DNA of 64,000 nt from an uncultured Veillonellaceae bacterium. Its GTDB lineage: Bacteria > Bacillota > Negativicutes > JARBTT01. The position numbers were made by a program, and so were the translations under genes. The notes under the pieces are model-generated. The model was given only the letters and a program-made list of their open reading frames with translations. It ran no database searches and was not told where the DNA came from. Where the stretch lies: the NCBI GenBank assembly GCA_963805085.1, contig CAWDTA010000002.1, forward strand, positions 32,001-96,000. Reading direction: 5' to 3'. Below, one piece after another: positions 49,787 to 59,990 of the stretch (its first letter is position 1; each line of letters opens with the position of its first letter).

Positions 49787-50431
49787 TTATTTTCTAGCAG
49801 CTTTTACTGCTTCAATAAACTTCACGGCAGTATCGGTAATCAATTGATAATCACCAGTTTTTGCACCACCGGTTAAGCTACCACCAGCACCGACCGCTAC
49901 ACAACCAACATCTAACCATTCATGAAGATTCTCTATACTCACGCCACCAGTTGGCATAAGCTGCGCTTGTGGAACAGGACCTTTGATTGCTTTGATCAAT
50001 TTCGTACCAACAATCTCACCTGGGAATATTTTTACGATATCCGCACCAGCTTCCATCGCAGTTAATACGCCTTCAATTGTTGTCGTGCCGGGCATGCAAG
50101 CCACACGGTAACGGTTACAAAGCTTGATCGTCTTTAAGTTGATGGATGGTGAAACTACAAATTCAGCGCCATTTAAGATCGCAATGCGAGCAGTTTCTGG
50201 GTCAAGTACAGTACCTGCACCGATCACTACATTTTCATTATCTTTATATTTATCAACCAGCGTTTTAATCGTTTCATGAGCTCTTGGTGTCGTGAAAGCA
50301 ACTTCAATTGCTGTTACACCCCCAGCGATACAAGCATCAGAAATTTTCACGCCATGCTCAGCATCATCTCCTCTGATGACTGCAACCACACCAACCTCTT
50401 TTATCTTTGCAATTACTTTTTCTTTTTCCAT
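49787..50431 (-). CDS. eda: KDPG/KHG aldolase
   Basis: VAVIR, IEV.FT.P, GAGTVLD, FVVSP, KIFP, MPTGGV. Confidence 0.92.
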   Translation of the reverse strand: MEKEKVIAKIKEVGVVAVIRGDDAEHGVKISDACIAGGVTAIEVAFTTPRAHETIKTLVDKYKDNENVVIGAGTVLDPETARIAILNGAEFVVSPSINLKTIKLCNRYRVACMPGTTTIEGVLTAMEAGADIVKIFPGEIVGTKLIKAIKGPVPQAQLMPTGGVSIENLHEWLDVGCVAVGAGGSLTGGAKTGDYQLITDTAVKFIEAVKAARK

Positions 50432-50472
50432 AATAACATCTCCATATTAAATTAATACTTTATTCCACCATT

Positions 50473-51459
50473 TTAAGCTGTTACTTTGCCAGCCGCAATA
50501 TGTTCTGGTGATTTTTTATTGAAATAATTACACCAGTAGGCAGTGATGATTGGGACGACGATCGAAGTTACAATAACCGCTGTTGCAACAAGCGCCGTAG
50601 CAGCTTGCGCGATTGGTTTAAATTCTGGGCACATTTCCGCAATGATGATTGGATTTGTAACAGCTGCACCTGCGGTAGATGAAGCTGCGAGTCCAGCACC
50701 ACCATGACCACCACCGATATATTTATCCGCTAAGATAAGAGGAATACCAGTCACTACAATAACACCTAAGCCAAGCATAAGTCCAAGTAAACCAGTTTGA
50801 CCAATAACACCTAAATTAATGGTATTACCTAAAGCAAAACCGAAGAAAGGAATCATCGTCATCGAAGCATTGCCAAAGAATGTTCTGAATTCTTTATCTA
50901 AATTACCTAAGATGAAACCAATGACGAAAGGAAGCACTGCACCAATAAACAAACGAGGTTCAAACGAAGCAGCACCCGTACTACCTAAGATCATCATCGT
51001 TACCAATGGACCCGATTCAATCGAAGTTAATACGAAAGCACCAGCTTCTTCTTTGGTACCATATTGTTGCATGATCGAAGCATAAAGACCACCATTTGTC
51101 ATATCCATCGAAGTTACAATAGCAAGTGTCGATAACCCTGCAAAAAAACCTTTTTCAATCATCCCCACTGGCATGAAACTTACACAAATCATACCAACAA
51201 GCCAAGCAACTAAAATCTTTGTTATTACAATAGTACCTGATTTTCTAAGAACAGTACCAGTTGCTTTGATATCAATCCCAGCACCCATACAGAAGAACCA
51301 AACTGAAAGAATTGGCACCGTACCTGTAATTAAACCATTTGTAAAAGAACCAAAATACTTACCTGCATCTGGAGCAAATGTATGACAAAGTGCTCCTAGA
51401 AATAATGGAACTAACATTAAACCACCAGGAATACGTTCAATACCTTGTTTAATTTTCAT
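50473..51459 (-). CDS. kdgT: 2-keto-3-deoxygluconate permease
   Basis: [48 protein letters not shown]. Confidence 0.93.
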   Translation of the reverse strand: MKIKQGIERIPGGLMLVPLFLGALCHTFAPDAGKYFGSFTNGLITGTVPILSVWFFCMGAGIDIKATGTVLRKSGTIVITKILVAWLVGMICVSFMPVGMIEKGFFAGLSTLAIVTSMDMTNGGLYASIMQQYGTKEEAGAFVLTSIESGPLVTMMILGSTGAASFEPRLFIGAVLPFVIGFILGNLDKEFRTFFGNASMTMIPFFGFALGNTINLGVIGQTGLLGLMLGLGVIVVTGIPLILADKYIGGGHGGAGLAASSTAGAAVTNPIIIAEMCPEFKPIAQAATALVATAVIVTSIVVPIITAYWCNYFNKKSPEHIAAGKVTA

Positions 51460-51565
51460 GTTATTCTCTCCTTAAATGCAAATTATTATAAATATTTAGA
51501 TAATTGCTTTTTATAGATAAGGCATCTTGCCAATTGGAGATGCCTTGTCTATACTTTTATAAAGA

Positions 51566-52321
51566 TTAACGAGCCAACCAACCACCGTCTACCGCAATCG
51601 TATACCCTTGCACATAGTTTGCAGCTTCCGAAGCTAAGAAGATAACTGGGCCGCCCAAATCACTTGGCTTACCCCAACGACCTGCTGGAATACGGCCTAA
51701 AATTTCAGCATTGCGCACTTCATCAGCCCGAAGTGCTGCAGTATTATCTGTTGCCATATAACCTGGGGCAATCGCATTGACATTCACGTTATATTTCGCC
51801 CATTCATTTGCTAATATTTTCGTTAGTCCCATTACTCCACTCTTGCTGGAAGTATAGGATGGAACGCGAATCCCGCCTTGGAAAGAAAGCATCGAAGCGA
51901 TGTTGATAATCTTCCCGCCACTTTCTTGTTTCACAAACTGTTTTGCAACCGCTTGTGATAGGAAAAACATGCTTTTTAAATTTATATTCATAACGTCATC
52001 CCAGTCTTTTTCCGTAAACTCCAAGGATTCATTACGACGAATGATCCCAGAGTTATTGACCAGGATGTCAATATGACTAAATTTAGCTACCGCTTGTTCG
52101 ATGATTCCAGCAATTGGCTCTAAGCTACCCAAGTTCGCTTTGATCCCTAAAAATTGACGACCAAGTGCTTTTACCTTTTGCTCTGTTTCTGTATAATCAC
52201 TCGTTGCTACACTAACGATGTCGGCACCTGCTCCAGCCAATGCCAATGCCATGCCTTGACCTAAACCTTTGGTACCACCAGTGACGATTGCAACTTTTCC
52301 TTCTAAGCTAAATAAATTCAT
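51566..52321 (-). CDS. kduD: 2-dehydro-3-deoxy-D-gluconate 5-dehydrogenase
   Basis: FSLEGKVAIVTG, GIIRR, ASMLSFQGGIRVPSYT.SK, DGGWLAR. Confidence 0.93.
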   Translation of the reverse strand: MNLFSLEGKVAIVTGGTKGLGQGMALALAGAGADIVSVATSDYTETEQKVKALGRQFLGIKANLGSLEPIAGIIEQAVAKFSHIDILVNNSGIIRRNESLEFTEKDWDDVMNINLKSMFFLSQAVAKQFVKQESGGKIINIASMLSFQGGIRVPSYTSSKSGVMGLTKILANEWAKYNVNVNAIAPGYMATDNTAALRADEVRNAEILGRIPAGRWGKPSDLGGPVIFLASEAANYVQGYTIAVDGGWLAR

Positions 52322-52336
52322 GCTCTGACCTCCCAA

Positions 52337-53164
52337 TTAACGTAAGTCTTCCATTTTTACAGCATCCATATCATCAAAGACTTGGTTTTCACCAGCCATG
52401 CCCCAGATAAAGGTGTAATTATGTGTAGCTACCCCAGAATGTATGGACCAACTTGGTGAGATTACCGCTTCTTCATTATGCATCACAATATGGCGTGTCT
52501 GTGTTGGTTCGCCCATATAATGCATCACTACATTGTCTTTTGGTAAATCAAAATATAAATAAATTTCTGCACGACGTTCATGTGTATGACATGGCATGCT
52601 ATTCCACATATTGCCTGGTTCTAAAGCTGTCATGCCCATTACCAATTGGCAACTTTCCACACCACCGGGTACAATATATTGATAAAGTTTACGTTCGTTA
52701 GAGTTTTCAAGAGAACCTAAATGTCTTGGCGTAATTGATTTACGTTCAATTTTTTTCGTTGGATATGTCGCATGTGCAGGAGCACTATTGAAATAGAATT
52801 TTGCAGGCTGAGCTGCGCTATTACTACTAAATACAATTTTACGTGCCCCCATACCAATATACAAACCATCCGTTGTGTTAAGCTCATAATTAGTGCCATC
52901 GACTTCAACTTTACCGTTACCACCAATATTAATAATACCGATTTCTCTGCGTTCTAAGAAAAACTCAACCCCCATACCAGCTTCGACTTTTAATTCTTGT
53001 GATTTAATCGGGCATACACTACCTGCAATCATACGATCAACATGACTATAAACCATTTTGATATTATCCTGCTCAAATAAACCTTGAATTAAAAAATTTT
53101 CTCTTAATTCCTCAGTAGTGTACCGTTTTACATCATTAGGATGAATTGCATGTCTAACTTCCAT
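52337..53164 (-). CDS. kduI: 5-dehydro-4-deoxy-D-glucuronate isomerase
   Basis: YSHVDR, FLERRE.G, WNSMPCHTHERR.E, SPSWSIHSG, WGMAGENQ. Confidence 0.95.
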   Translation of the reverse strand: MEVRHAIHPNDVKRYTTEELRENFLIQGLFEQDNIKMVYSHVDRMIAGSVCPIKSQELKVEAGMGVEFFLERREIGIINIGGNGKVEVDGTNYELNTTDGLYIGMGARKIVFSSNSAAQPAKFYFNSAPAHATYPTKKIERKSITPRHLGSLENSNERKLYQYIVPGGVESCQLVMGMTALEPGNMWNSMPCHTHERRAEIYLYFDLPKDNVVMHYMGEPTQTRHIVMHNEEAVISPSWSIHSGVATHNYTFIWGMAGENQVFDDMDAVKMEDLR

Positions 53165-53226
53165 TTTAAAATGGCCCCCTCATAAATTATATATTTTAAA
53201 TTTAATAATAGATCCCAAAGTTTAAT

Positions 53227-54165
53227 TTATTGCTGACTTAAAAATTTTTTCAACCCTGCTACTGTTGGTAAACCGTCATTATCCCCAGGTGACATGATCG
53301 CCAGCGCACCAATTGCAGCCCCACGTTTTACAGCATCTTTTAGATCTAAATCTTCCAATAAGGCACTCACCACACCAACCGCAAAACCATCGCCAGCACC
53401 AACTGTATCTACGATATGATCTACTTTGAATGCCGGTACGGTAAAACTACCTTCCGTAGTTTTTACAAATGCGCCTTTAGAACCAACCTTAATAACCACC
53501 GTTTTGACCCCGGATTTCAAGTAGAAATCAGCGATTGTATCAAGATCATCACTACCAGTTAAAATTTTTCCCTCACTTACGCCAGGTAAAACTATATCGC
53601 ATTTGAAGGCCAGATCATTGATAACATCAATCATTTCTTGCTTATCTTTCCATAATGCTGGACGAAGGTTCGTATCAAAGGAAATTCTGACCTCATGTTT
53701 TCTTGCCGCAGCAATTAATTCATAAATGGTTGCTCTACAGGAGGAAGATAATGCTGGTGGAATACCAGTAATATGCAAATGTTTAATTGTAGACCAATCA
53801 ATCTGAGCAATATCGTTGATATTCATATTGGCGGAAGCGGTATTCTTTCTGAAGTTCACCACTTCAGGATCACCGACTTCTACTTTTGCTTTCAATTGCA
53901 TTCCTGTCATATGCTCATTATCAAACGAAATATAACGATTATCAATTTTATTTTCAGCTAAGAAATTTTTGATATGTTTACCAAATGGATCATTCCCCAA
54001 TTTACTTACATAGGCCACTTTATGTTCTAAGCGCGCCATACCAACAGCAAAGTTGATTTCAGCCCCAGCAACATATCTAGTGAAATGCTCCACATTTTCA
54101 AGTGGTTTTATTTCTTCTGCTACCAACAGTCCCATAGGTTCACCAATCGTAAGTACTTCTATCAT
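53227..54165 (-). CDS. kdgK: 2-keto-3-deoxygluconate kinase (PfkB family)
   Basis: GAE.N.A.G.ARL, FD.NLRP.LW, DTVGAGDGF; operon context. Confidence 0.88.
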   Translation of the reverse strand: MIEVLTIGEPMGLLVAEEIKPLENVEHFTRYVAGAEINFAVGMARLEHKVAYVSKLGNDPFGKHIKNFLAENKIDNRYISFDNEHMTGMQLKAKVEVGDPEVVNFRKNTASANMNINDIAQIDWSTIKHLHITGIPPALSSSCRATIYELIAAARKHEVRISFDTNLRPALWKDKQEMIDVINDLAFKCDIVLPGVSEGKILTGSDDLDTIADFYLKSGVKTVVIKVGSKGAFVKTTEGSFTVPAFKVDHIVDTVGAGDGFAVGVVSALLEDLDLKDAVKRGAAIGALAIMSPGDNDGLPTVAGLKKFLSQQ

Positions 54166-54260
54166 CTAAATAACCCCCTTAATTTATAAAAGACAAACTG
54201 TCATTTTCACTCTTTAATGAAATTTCTGAATTATATAACTAAATTTTATGAAACAGTTTA

Positions 54261-54274
54261 GTTTACCGGTTTAC
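54261..54274. promoter_or_regulatory. Putative LacI-type (KdgR) operator upstream of kdgK
   Basis: gtttaccggtttac, CG-centred near-palindrome; a similar site lies upstream of kdgR. Confidence 0.55.
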
Positions 54275-54288
54275 ATTACACAACCTTT

Positions 54289-55305
54289 TCAGGTTGACCC
54301 GCGAATCACTAGCTCACAGTCCAGCTCAATGAGCCGTGGTGCTGCATTTCTATTGCGATGTAAACGGAACATAAGCCTCTTTACACATTCCTTTCCTACC
54401 TTATAGGAAGGTTGTGAAATAACGGTGATTCCATTTCCTGCCAATTCAGTCCAATCCCAATTATCAATACCGCAAATACCAATATCATCGGGAAATTTCA
54501 AATTGAGTCTTCGCATTGCTTTTACGACATGCAAGGTTGTAACACCATTGGTTGAATAAATTGCTTTTTTCTCAGCACCATTTAGAGTTATAAATCGTTC
54601 TAATAAACGTTCCACAAATTCTTCACTCTTGCTTTCAAGAATATAAGATTGCGGGCTAATTTTTAAGACATCGCGGCAAGCTCTTTCATAAGCACCATAA
54701 CGCCAAATTCTTGTACCAATGTTCCCCAACGGTTCACTGAAAAATCCGACTTTCGTAAAACCACGTTCTTTTAAATGCTCCATTGCTTTTATCGTAGCAT
54801 CAATATCAGCCGTTCGCACTGTATCAAACAAGTTCAACTCAATTGGCCTATCCGCTAAAATAATCGGAATTCCTGTTTGCGCCATTTTTTCTAAGAATTT
54901 ATTATTTTCACCAGTCGTATTAACAATCAAACCTTCAACCCGTTGATCAATCATCGATAATATATATTCACGTTCCTTACGAGGGTCGTCATCAGTGCTC
55001 GTAATCATAACACCATAGCCATACCGATCACAACAATTACTGATGCCTTTCAGTAGTATCGAAGCAAATGGACTGCCAATGTCGGAAACCACTACACCGA
55101 TAATTCTACTTCTCTTTGATTTTAAACTGCGTGCCAAATTGTTTGGACGATAATTCAATTCTTCAATGACCTGAGAAATTTTATGTTTTGACTGTGCTGA
55201 CATAAACTCAAACTTGCCATTTAAATACCTAGAAATCGTAGTCTTTGATACTCCTGCTTTTTCAGCAACATCCACAATGGTAATATTTTTTTCACTCTTT
55301 TCCAT
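54289..55305 (-). CDS. kdgR: LacI-family regulator (KdgR)
   Basis: TIVDVAEKAGVSKTTISRYLNG HTH, YRPN.LARSL; heads the kdg/kdu genes. Confidence 0.8.
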   Translation of the reverse strand: MEKSEKNITIVDVAEKAGVSKTTISRYLNGKFEFMSAQSKHKISQVIEELNYRPNNLARSLKSKRSRIIGVVVSDIGSPFASILLKGISNCCDRYGYGVMITSTDDDPRKEREYILSMIDQRVEGLIVNTTGENNKFLEKMAQTGIPIILADRPIELNLFDTVRTADIDATIKAMEHLKERGFTKVGFFSEPLGNIGTRIWRYGAYERACRDVLKISPQSYILESKSEEFVERLLERFITLNGAEKKAIYSTNGVTTLHVVKAMRRLNLKFPDDIGICGIDNWDWTELAGNGITVISQPSYKVGKECVKRLMFRLHRNRNAAPRLIELDCELVIRGST

Positions 55306-55346
55306 AGTATTAAACTCCTACCAAAGCTAAACTAGAATTCGTTACA

Positions 55347-55360
55347 CTAAACCGTTTTAC
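55347..55360. promoter_or_regulatory. Putative KdgR autoregulatory operator
   Basis: ctaaaccgttttac, similar to 54261-54274. Confidence 0.45.
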
Positions 55361-55658
55361 ATAGACTGATAAATTTCTCTTATCTTTTGATAATTCCATT
55401 CTATCTGATTTTTTTCCCATTGTCTAGCACTTTTTGACTATTCAGTTATATGTATAAATAATATTTTTTCAACGTAATCACTACTATTGCTTATGACAAC
55501 CTGTACTAATCTAATCGTTACTTTTTCGTTATAACAATATATTTTTAACTTGTCGATTTTATGTTATAATAATCTCATTAAAGCTAGCTTCGATTCCATC
55601 TTACTCTTATCCCACTTTGAATCCGCATTAGCTGAATTATTATGTTGGAGGTTCATTT

Positions 55659-56021
55659 ATGGAAGCCATACTAAAGCAAATCCTCGGCGAAGTCTCTAAC
55701 CTTTCCTCAAAAATCGATCATATCGACGCTAAAGTTGATACCCTTGGCTCTAAAGTTCAAAGTCTTGATTCTAAAGTTGACAATCTTGATTCTAAAGTTG
55801 AAAGCCTAACTGAAAGAGTAACCCTTGTTGAACAAGGGCAAGTACGCATGGAAAACGTCATGAACACCAACTTTGCTGCTCTCTATGATGCTCGTGAAAT
55901 GCAAAACGAGTTTAACGAACGAATCGAAGCCAAAGTCGACATCCTCAATAGCAAAATTGATACCATCGCCCTCCAAGTCAACCATCATGAACAGCGTTTC
56001 AATCGTTTAAAAAGCATTTAA
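55659..56021 (+). CDS. Small heptad-repeat coiled-coil protein
   Basis: GGAGG RBS; MEAILKQIL.E; KVDTLGS-KVQSLDS-KVDNLDS-KVESLTE encoded by 21-bp repeats at 55729-55812. Confidence 0.8.
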   Translation: MEAILKQILGEVSNLSSKIDHIDAKVDTLGSKVQSLDSKVDNLDSKVESLTERVTLVEQGQVRMENVMNTNFAALYDAREMQNEFNERIEAKVDILNSKIDTIALQVNHHEQRFNRLKSI

Positions 56022-56023
56022 CC

Positions 56024-56066
56024 ATAAAAATCCGCAAATTACAATTGTATTCTGCGGATTTTTTAT
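56024..56066. terminator. Bidirectional terminator
   Basis: ataaaaatccgca...tgcggatttttat between convergent genes. Confidence 0.7.
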
Positions 56067-56071
56067 TTGTC

Positions 56072-56992
56072 TTATTTGATTTTTGCAAAATAATGATAGG
56101 TTCTTGTTAGTCCTTCTGTTAAAGAAATGACAGGTCGCCAAGCCAATCCTTGAATCGCCTTATCATTGGATAACACGGAACGATAAATATCACCCGAACG
56201 CGCTGCTCCATAAGTTGGCCTAACTTCTTTACCGGAAATCTCATTCAACAATTGAGCCATAGCATTGATTGTAACTTCCGTTTTCGTACTCACATTATAT
56301 ACCGTATTACAATGGGTCGTACGCACCGCCTGCCAAATTGCACTCGCAATATCACCAACGTAAATAAAATCTCTCGTTTGATTGCCATCGCCATTGATGG
56401 TGATGCTTTCATCATGGGCAACCTTTTTCGTGAAAATACTAATTACGCCACCCTCGCCACCGTCACCTTGACGTTCACCATACACGTTAGCAAAACGAAG
56501 TGCTACATAGTCAAGTCCATAGAGTTCATGATAGAGCTGTAGATATTTCTCTACAGTTAACTTACTAAGCCCATAAAAAGAAGTCGGTGCAGTTTCAAAG
56601 CTCTCTAAAACCGGTAGCTGCTCAATATCACCATACGTTGCAGCAGTCGTTGCAAATACCACGCGCTTAACCCCAGTTTTACGACATGCTTCCAGTATAT
56701 TGACCGTACCCAGCAGATTGATATTCGCATCAAGCAACGGATCTTTCACTGACACATCCACCATGGTTTGCCCAGCTAGATGAATCACACTATCAAACTG
56801 GCCTTGTTCAAATACAGCCATGACCTCTTTATCACAGATATCCATCTCAATAAAGGCAATATCCTCTGGTATATTTTCTCTTAAGCCAGTATTCAAATTA
56901 TCTAAGACCGTAATTTGGCAATCTTCTTGCATTAACTTTTCTATTACATGGGAACCAATAAAGCCCGCCCCACCAGTTACTAATATTTTCAT
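56072..56992 (-). CDS. NAD-dependent sugar epimerase (UDP-glucose 4-epimerase-like)
   Basis: TGGAGFIGSH, YGLSK, LRFANVYG.RQ, GDGNQTRDFIYV. Confidence 0.85.
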   Translation of the reverse strand: MKILVTGGAGFIGSHVIEKLMQEDCQITVLDNLNTGLRENIPEDIAFIEMDICDKEVMAVFEQGQFDSVIHLAGQTMVDVSVKDPLLDANINLLGTVNILEACRKTGVKRVVFATTAATYGDIEQLPVLESFETAPTSFYGLSKLTVEKYLQLYHELYGLDYVALRFANVYGERQGDGGEGGVISIFTKKVAHDESITINGDGNQTRDFIYVGDIASAIWQAVRTTHCNTVYNVSTKTEVTINAMAQLLNEISGKEVRPTYGAARSGDIYRSVLSNDKAIQGLAWRPVISLTEGLTRTYHYFAKIK

Positions 56993-57215
56993 AGCAATCT
57001 CTCCTAAAATTGTTATAGCACTATCTTCATTATCAAATTATTTCTACTTATTTATACCATATTTTTCTGAAAATAGTCTATAAGATACATAAATTAATAA
57101 TTTTTTCTAGAATCAATCCTATAGTATGTTTTCTCATAAATCTCAATTTCACAAAAAAAATAGCAACAATGTCTATATGACCACTGTGCTCTCATGCCAA
57201 ATTGGCTACTCTATA

Positions 57216-57605
57216 TCATTTAATGCGCTTAAAAATAATTTCATCATGTGTTGTAACCTTATTCTCTATTCGTTCTAGCTTTTCTTGCATCAAAACTTGC
57301 CCTTCCGCCAATGCCTGAATCGCTGGTCTTATTTCATTTTCTACAATAAGACTCGTTTTTGTATGCTGCACCTCTAATTTATCTACCTTACCCTCTAATC
57401 TATCTACCTTACCCTCTAATCTATCTACTCTAACTTCTAATCTATCGACTTTGCCTTCTAAGCGATCAAACCGCTCCAAAGTAAACTGTTGAAATGCCAC
57501 CAATTGGTGCTCCATTGCAGCTTGGCGCGTTTCTAAACTATCCAACCGTGTATTTATGTTCTTTAATTCAGATAAAATTTGCGCTAATACCTTTTCCATT
57601 GCCAT
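57216..57605 (-). CDS. Small heptad-repeat coiled-coil protein
   Basis: GAGGTG RBS; MEKVLAQILSEL; (DRLEGKV)n encoded by 21-bp tandem repeats at 57371-57475. Confidence 0.8.
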   Translation of the reverse strand: MAMEKVLAQILSELKNINTRLDSLETRQAAMEHQLVAFQQFTLERFDRLEGKVDRLEVRVDRLEGKVDRLEGKVDKLEVQHTKTSLIVENEIRPAIQALAEGQVLMQEKLERIENKVTTHDEIIFKRIK

Positions 57606-57717
57606 TTTCACCTCTCATTTTGCTTAACTATTAGCAAGCAAAAATCACAATTCGTCTTCTTTACACTTATCATATCAAAACATATCCATAAAGACAATGG
57701 AAAAGTTATTGCGTATC

Positions 57718-59100
57718 CTACTCATCAAATCTAACAATATCGTCTTCGCCCACATAACTACCATTTTGGATCTCAATGATTTCTAATGGTATTTGTCCTA
57801 GATTTTCTAACCGATGTTTCGCCGTCTGTGGTACAAATATACTCTCGTTTTCATGCACCCAAGTTTCTTTGCCATCAATGGTTACCTTTGCCGTACCGGC
57901 AATGACAATCCAATGCTCACTGCGATGATAATGCATTTGCATACTCAATACCCCCTTGGGCTGCACACGGATTTTTTTCATCTTATATCTCGGACCTTCA
58001 CCAAGCGTAGTAACACTTCCCCAAGGTCGATAAACCGTGGTATGCTCCGTTGCTTCCTTACGTCCACGCTTTTTCAATTCACTAACTACTTCTTTGACCT
58101 TTTGTGACTCACCCTTTTTAGCCACAACAATAACATCATCGGTTTCCACCAACAGTATATCATCTAAGCCAATGCCCGCGATGAGACGATCCCGCCCTAG
58201 GATTAAAGAATCTTTACAATCAATCGCTAAACAATCACCATGCATAGCATTACCACAATCATCCTTTGGTAATACCTCATACATGGCATCCCACGAACCA
58301 ATATCATTCCAGTAACAAGGTAACTCTAATGCAATCACTGCTGTAGCTTTTTCTGCCACGGCGTAATCAATCGAAATATTTGGCATACTGCTAAAATCAG
58401 CCAAGACCTCTGTATAAGATTTTTCTAAACACGTAATAATTTCTGGCTGATATTTTTCAAACTCATTGATCATAAAACCAATCGAAAAAGCAAACATCCC
58501 TGAGTTCCAGAAATAATTTCCCTTTGCTAAATATTCTTCTGCAACCAAGCGTTCTGGCTTTTCTTTAAACGACACTACCTCATAGCCACCGTCATAAACC
58601 TTACCGGTTTCAATATATCCGTAACCAGTTTCTGGTTTATCTGGTTTTATACCAAAAGTAATCAATTTATCATTTGGGGCTATTTTTGCTGCCTGTTTAA
58701 TGGATTTAACAAATAAATCCTCTGCCTTTATCATATGATCTGCTGGTGTAACGAGCAAAACTTCATCATTTGTGCACGCAAGCTCTTCCATACAATACTT
58801 CATTGCCAGAGCAATTGCCGGTGCCGTATTACGAGCTGCAGGCTCTAATACAATATGTGCAGCACTGACATTGCACTCCTCAAGCTCACTTTGTACATGG
58901 TAAACATAATCAGCATTCGTCACAATAATAATATCACTTGGCTGAACTACTGGCAAAAATCGCATAACTGTTTGAGCAAGCAGCGATTTATCATTATTAA
59001 CTTTTAAAAATTGTTTAGGAAAACAACTTCTAGACAATGGAAATAACCGAGTCCCGCCCCCGCCTGCCAATATAACTATCTTCATCCTATCAATCCTCAA
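57718..59100 (-). CDS. manC: Mannose-1-phosphate guanylyltransferase / mannose-6-phosphate isomerase
   Basis: LAGGGGTRLFPLSR..PKQFL, EP.ARNTAPA, FKEKP, ISIDYAV.E, WNDIGSW, RPWG, HYHRSEHW. Confidence 0.93.
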   Translation of the reverse strand: MRIDRMKIVILAGGGGTRLFPLSRSCFPKQFLKVNNDKSLLAQTVMRFLPVVQPSDIIIVTNADYVYHVQSELEECNVSAAHIVLEPAARNTAPAIALAMKYCMEELACTNDEVLLVTPADHMIKAEDLFVKSIKQAAKIAPNDKLITFGIKPDKPETGYGYIETGKVYDGGYEVVSFKEKPERLVAEEYLAKGNYFWNSGMFAFSIGFMINEFEKYQPEIITCLEKSYTEVLADFSSMPNISIDYAVAEKATAVIALELPCYWNDIGSWDAMYEVLPKDDCGNAMHGDCLAIDCKDSLILGRDRLIAGIGLDDILLVETDDVIVVAKKGESQKVKEVVSELKKRGRKEATEHTTVYRPWGSVTTLGEGPRYKMKKIRVQPKGVLSMQMHYHRSEHWIVIAGTAKVTIDGKETWVHENESIFVPQTAKHRLENLGQIPLEIIEIQNGSYVGEDDIVRFDE

Positions 59101-59128
59101 TTTTGCCTTTTATCAAACCTCTTTTATA

Positions 59129-59881
59129 TTATATTGTTCTCGCTACCAATATGCCTAACCATTCTTGTAAAAAAATATAATTACCCCATAAAGCACCTGC
59201 CGATGGCGCTAATTTATTATAATGAAAAACATGTTTTTTACTTACCATATAATCACTCGGATAAGGTAAGACTTCGATATTTTCTTTATGAAAATTAATC
59301 ACTGACCGCTCCATATGAAAAGCTGAAGTTACTAAAATTGGTTTACTATAACCTTTTTCAATCAATAAGTTATGAACAAATTGTGCATTTTGTCTGGTAT
59401 TTACACTTTGGTCTTCAATCAATATTTTATCTTCTGGTATGCCTAAACTGAGTAGCATTCGCTTACTGATCTGGGCTTCACGCCCCGAATCAGAATACAC
59501 CTGTCCACCACTTAAAATAATCGGCAAATCCAGCTTCTTCTGCAATCTAGCCGCGGTCAATAAACGATTAGCCGCACTCCCACCTAAATTTCCCAGTCCG
59601 TCGACATCCTGTGTATCGGCAGTAGCACCGCCACCTAGCATAATCACTGCGTCTCCAGCTACCTCACTTGGCGGATCATAACGACTCTCCAATGCCCCTA
59701 ATAATATCTCACTTACATACCCTGTACTAAGCAAATAAAAAAGAATCGTAATACTTGCTAACGCTTTAGCGAAGTTACACTCCTGTTTTTTCCACAGCAA
59801 AATAGCCATAACCATAAATGCCACAATAAAAATTCCCGGTGGCAAAAGAAAGCTAGCACCAAATTTAAGTAAGTAGATCAT
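59129..59881 (-). CDS. YdcF/ElyC (DUF218) envelope protein
   Basis: LGGG, LSGG, EDQSVNT.QNA, LVTSAFHMERS. Confidence 0.88.
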   Translation of the reverse strand: MIYLLKFGASFLLPPGIFIVAFMVMAILLWKKQECNFAKALASITILFYLLSTGYVSEILLGALESRYDPPSEVAGDAVIMLGGGATADTQDVDGLGNLGGSAANRLLTAARLQKKLDLPIILSGGQVYSDSGREAQISKRMLLSLGIPEDKILIEDQSVNTRQNAQFVHNLLIEKGYSKPILVTSAFHMERSVINFHKENIEVLPYPSDYMVSKKHVFHYNKLAPSAGALWGNYIFLQEWLGILVARTI

Positions 59882-59990
59882 AACATTACCTCACAAAAAT
59901 ACTATATTGATTAAAATTTTATTCGACCTTTCTATAACCGCTAAAGCATAAATGACAATTATACTATAATACTACATTGAAAAATATTTG

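Noticed and set aside
57371-57475. Short tandem repeats as a possible CRISPR array
   Set aside because: Contiguous 21-bp coding repeats with no unique spacers and no cas genes
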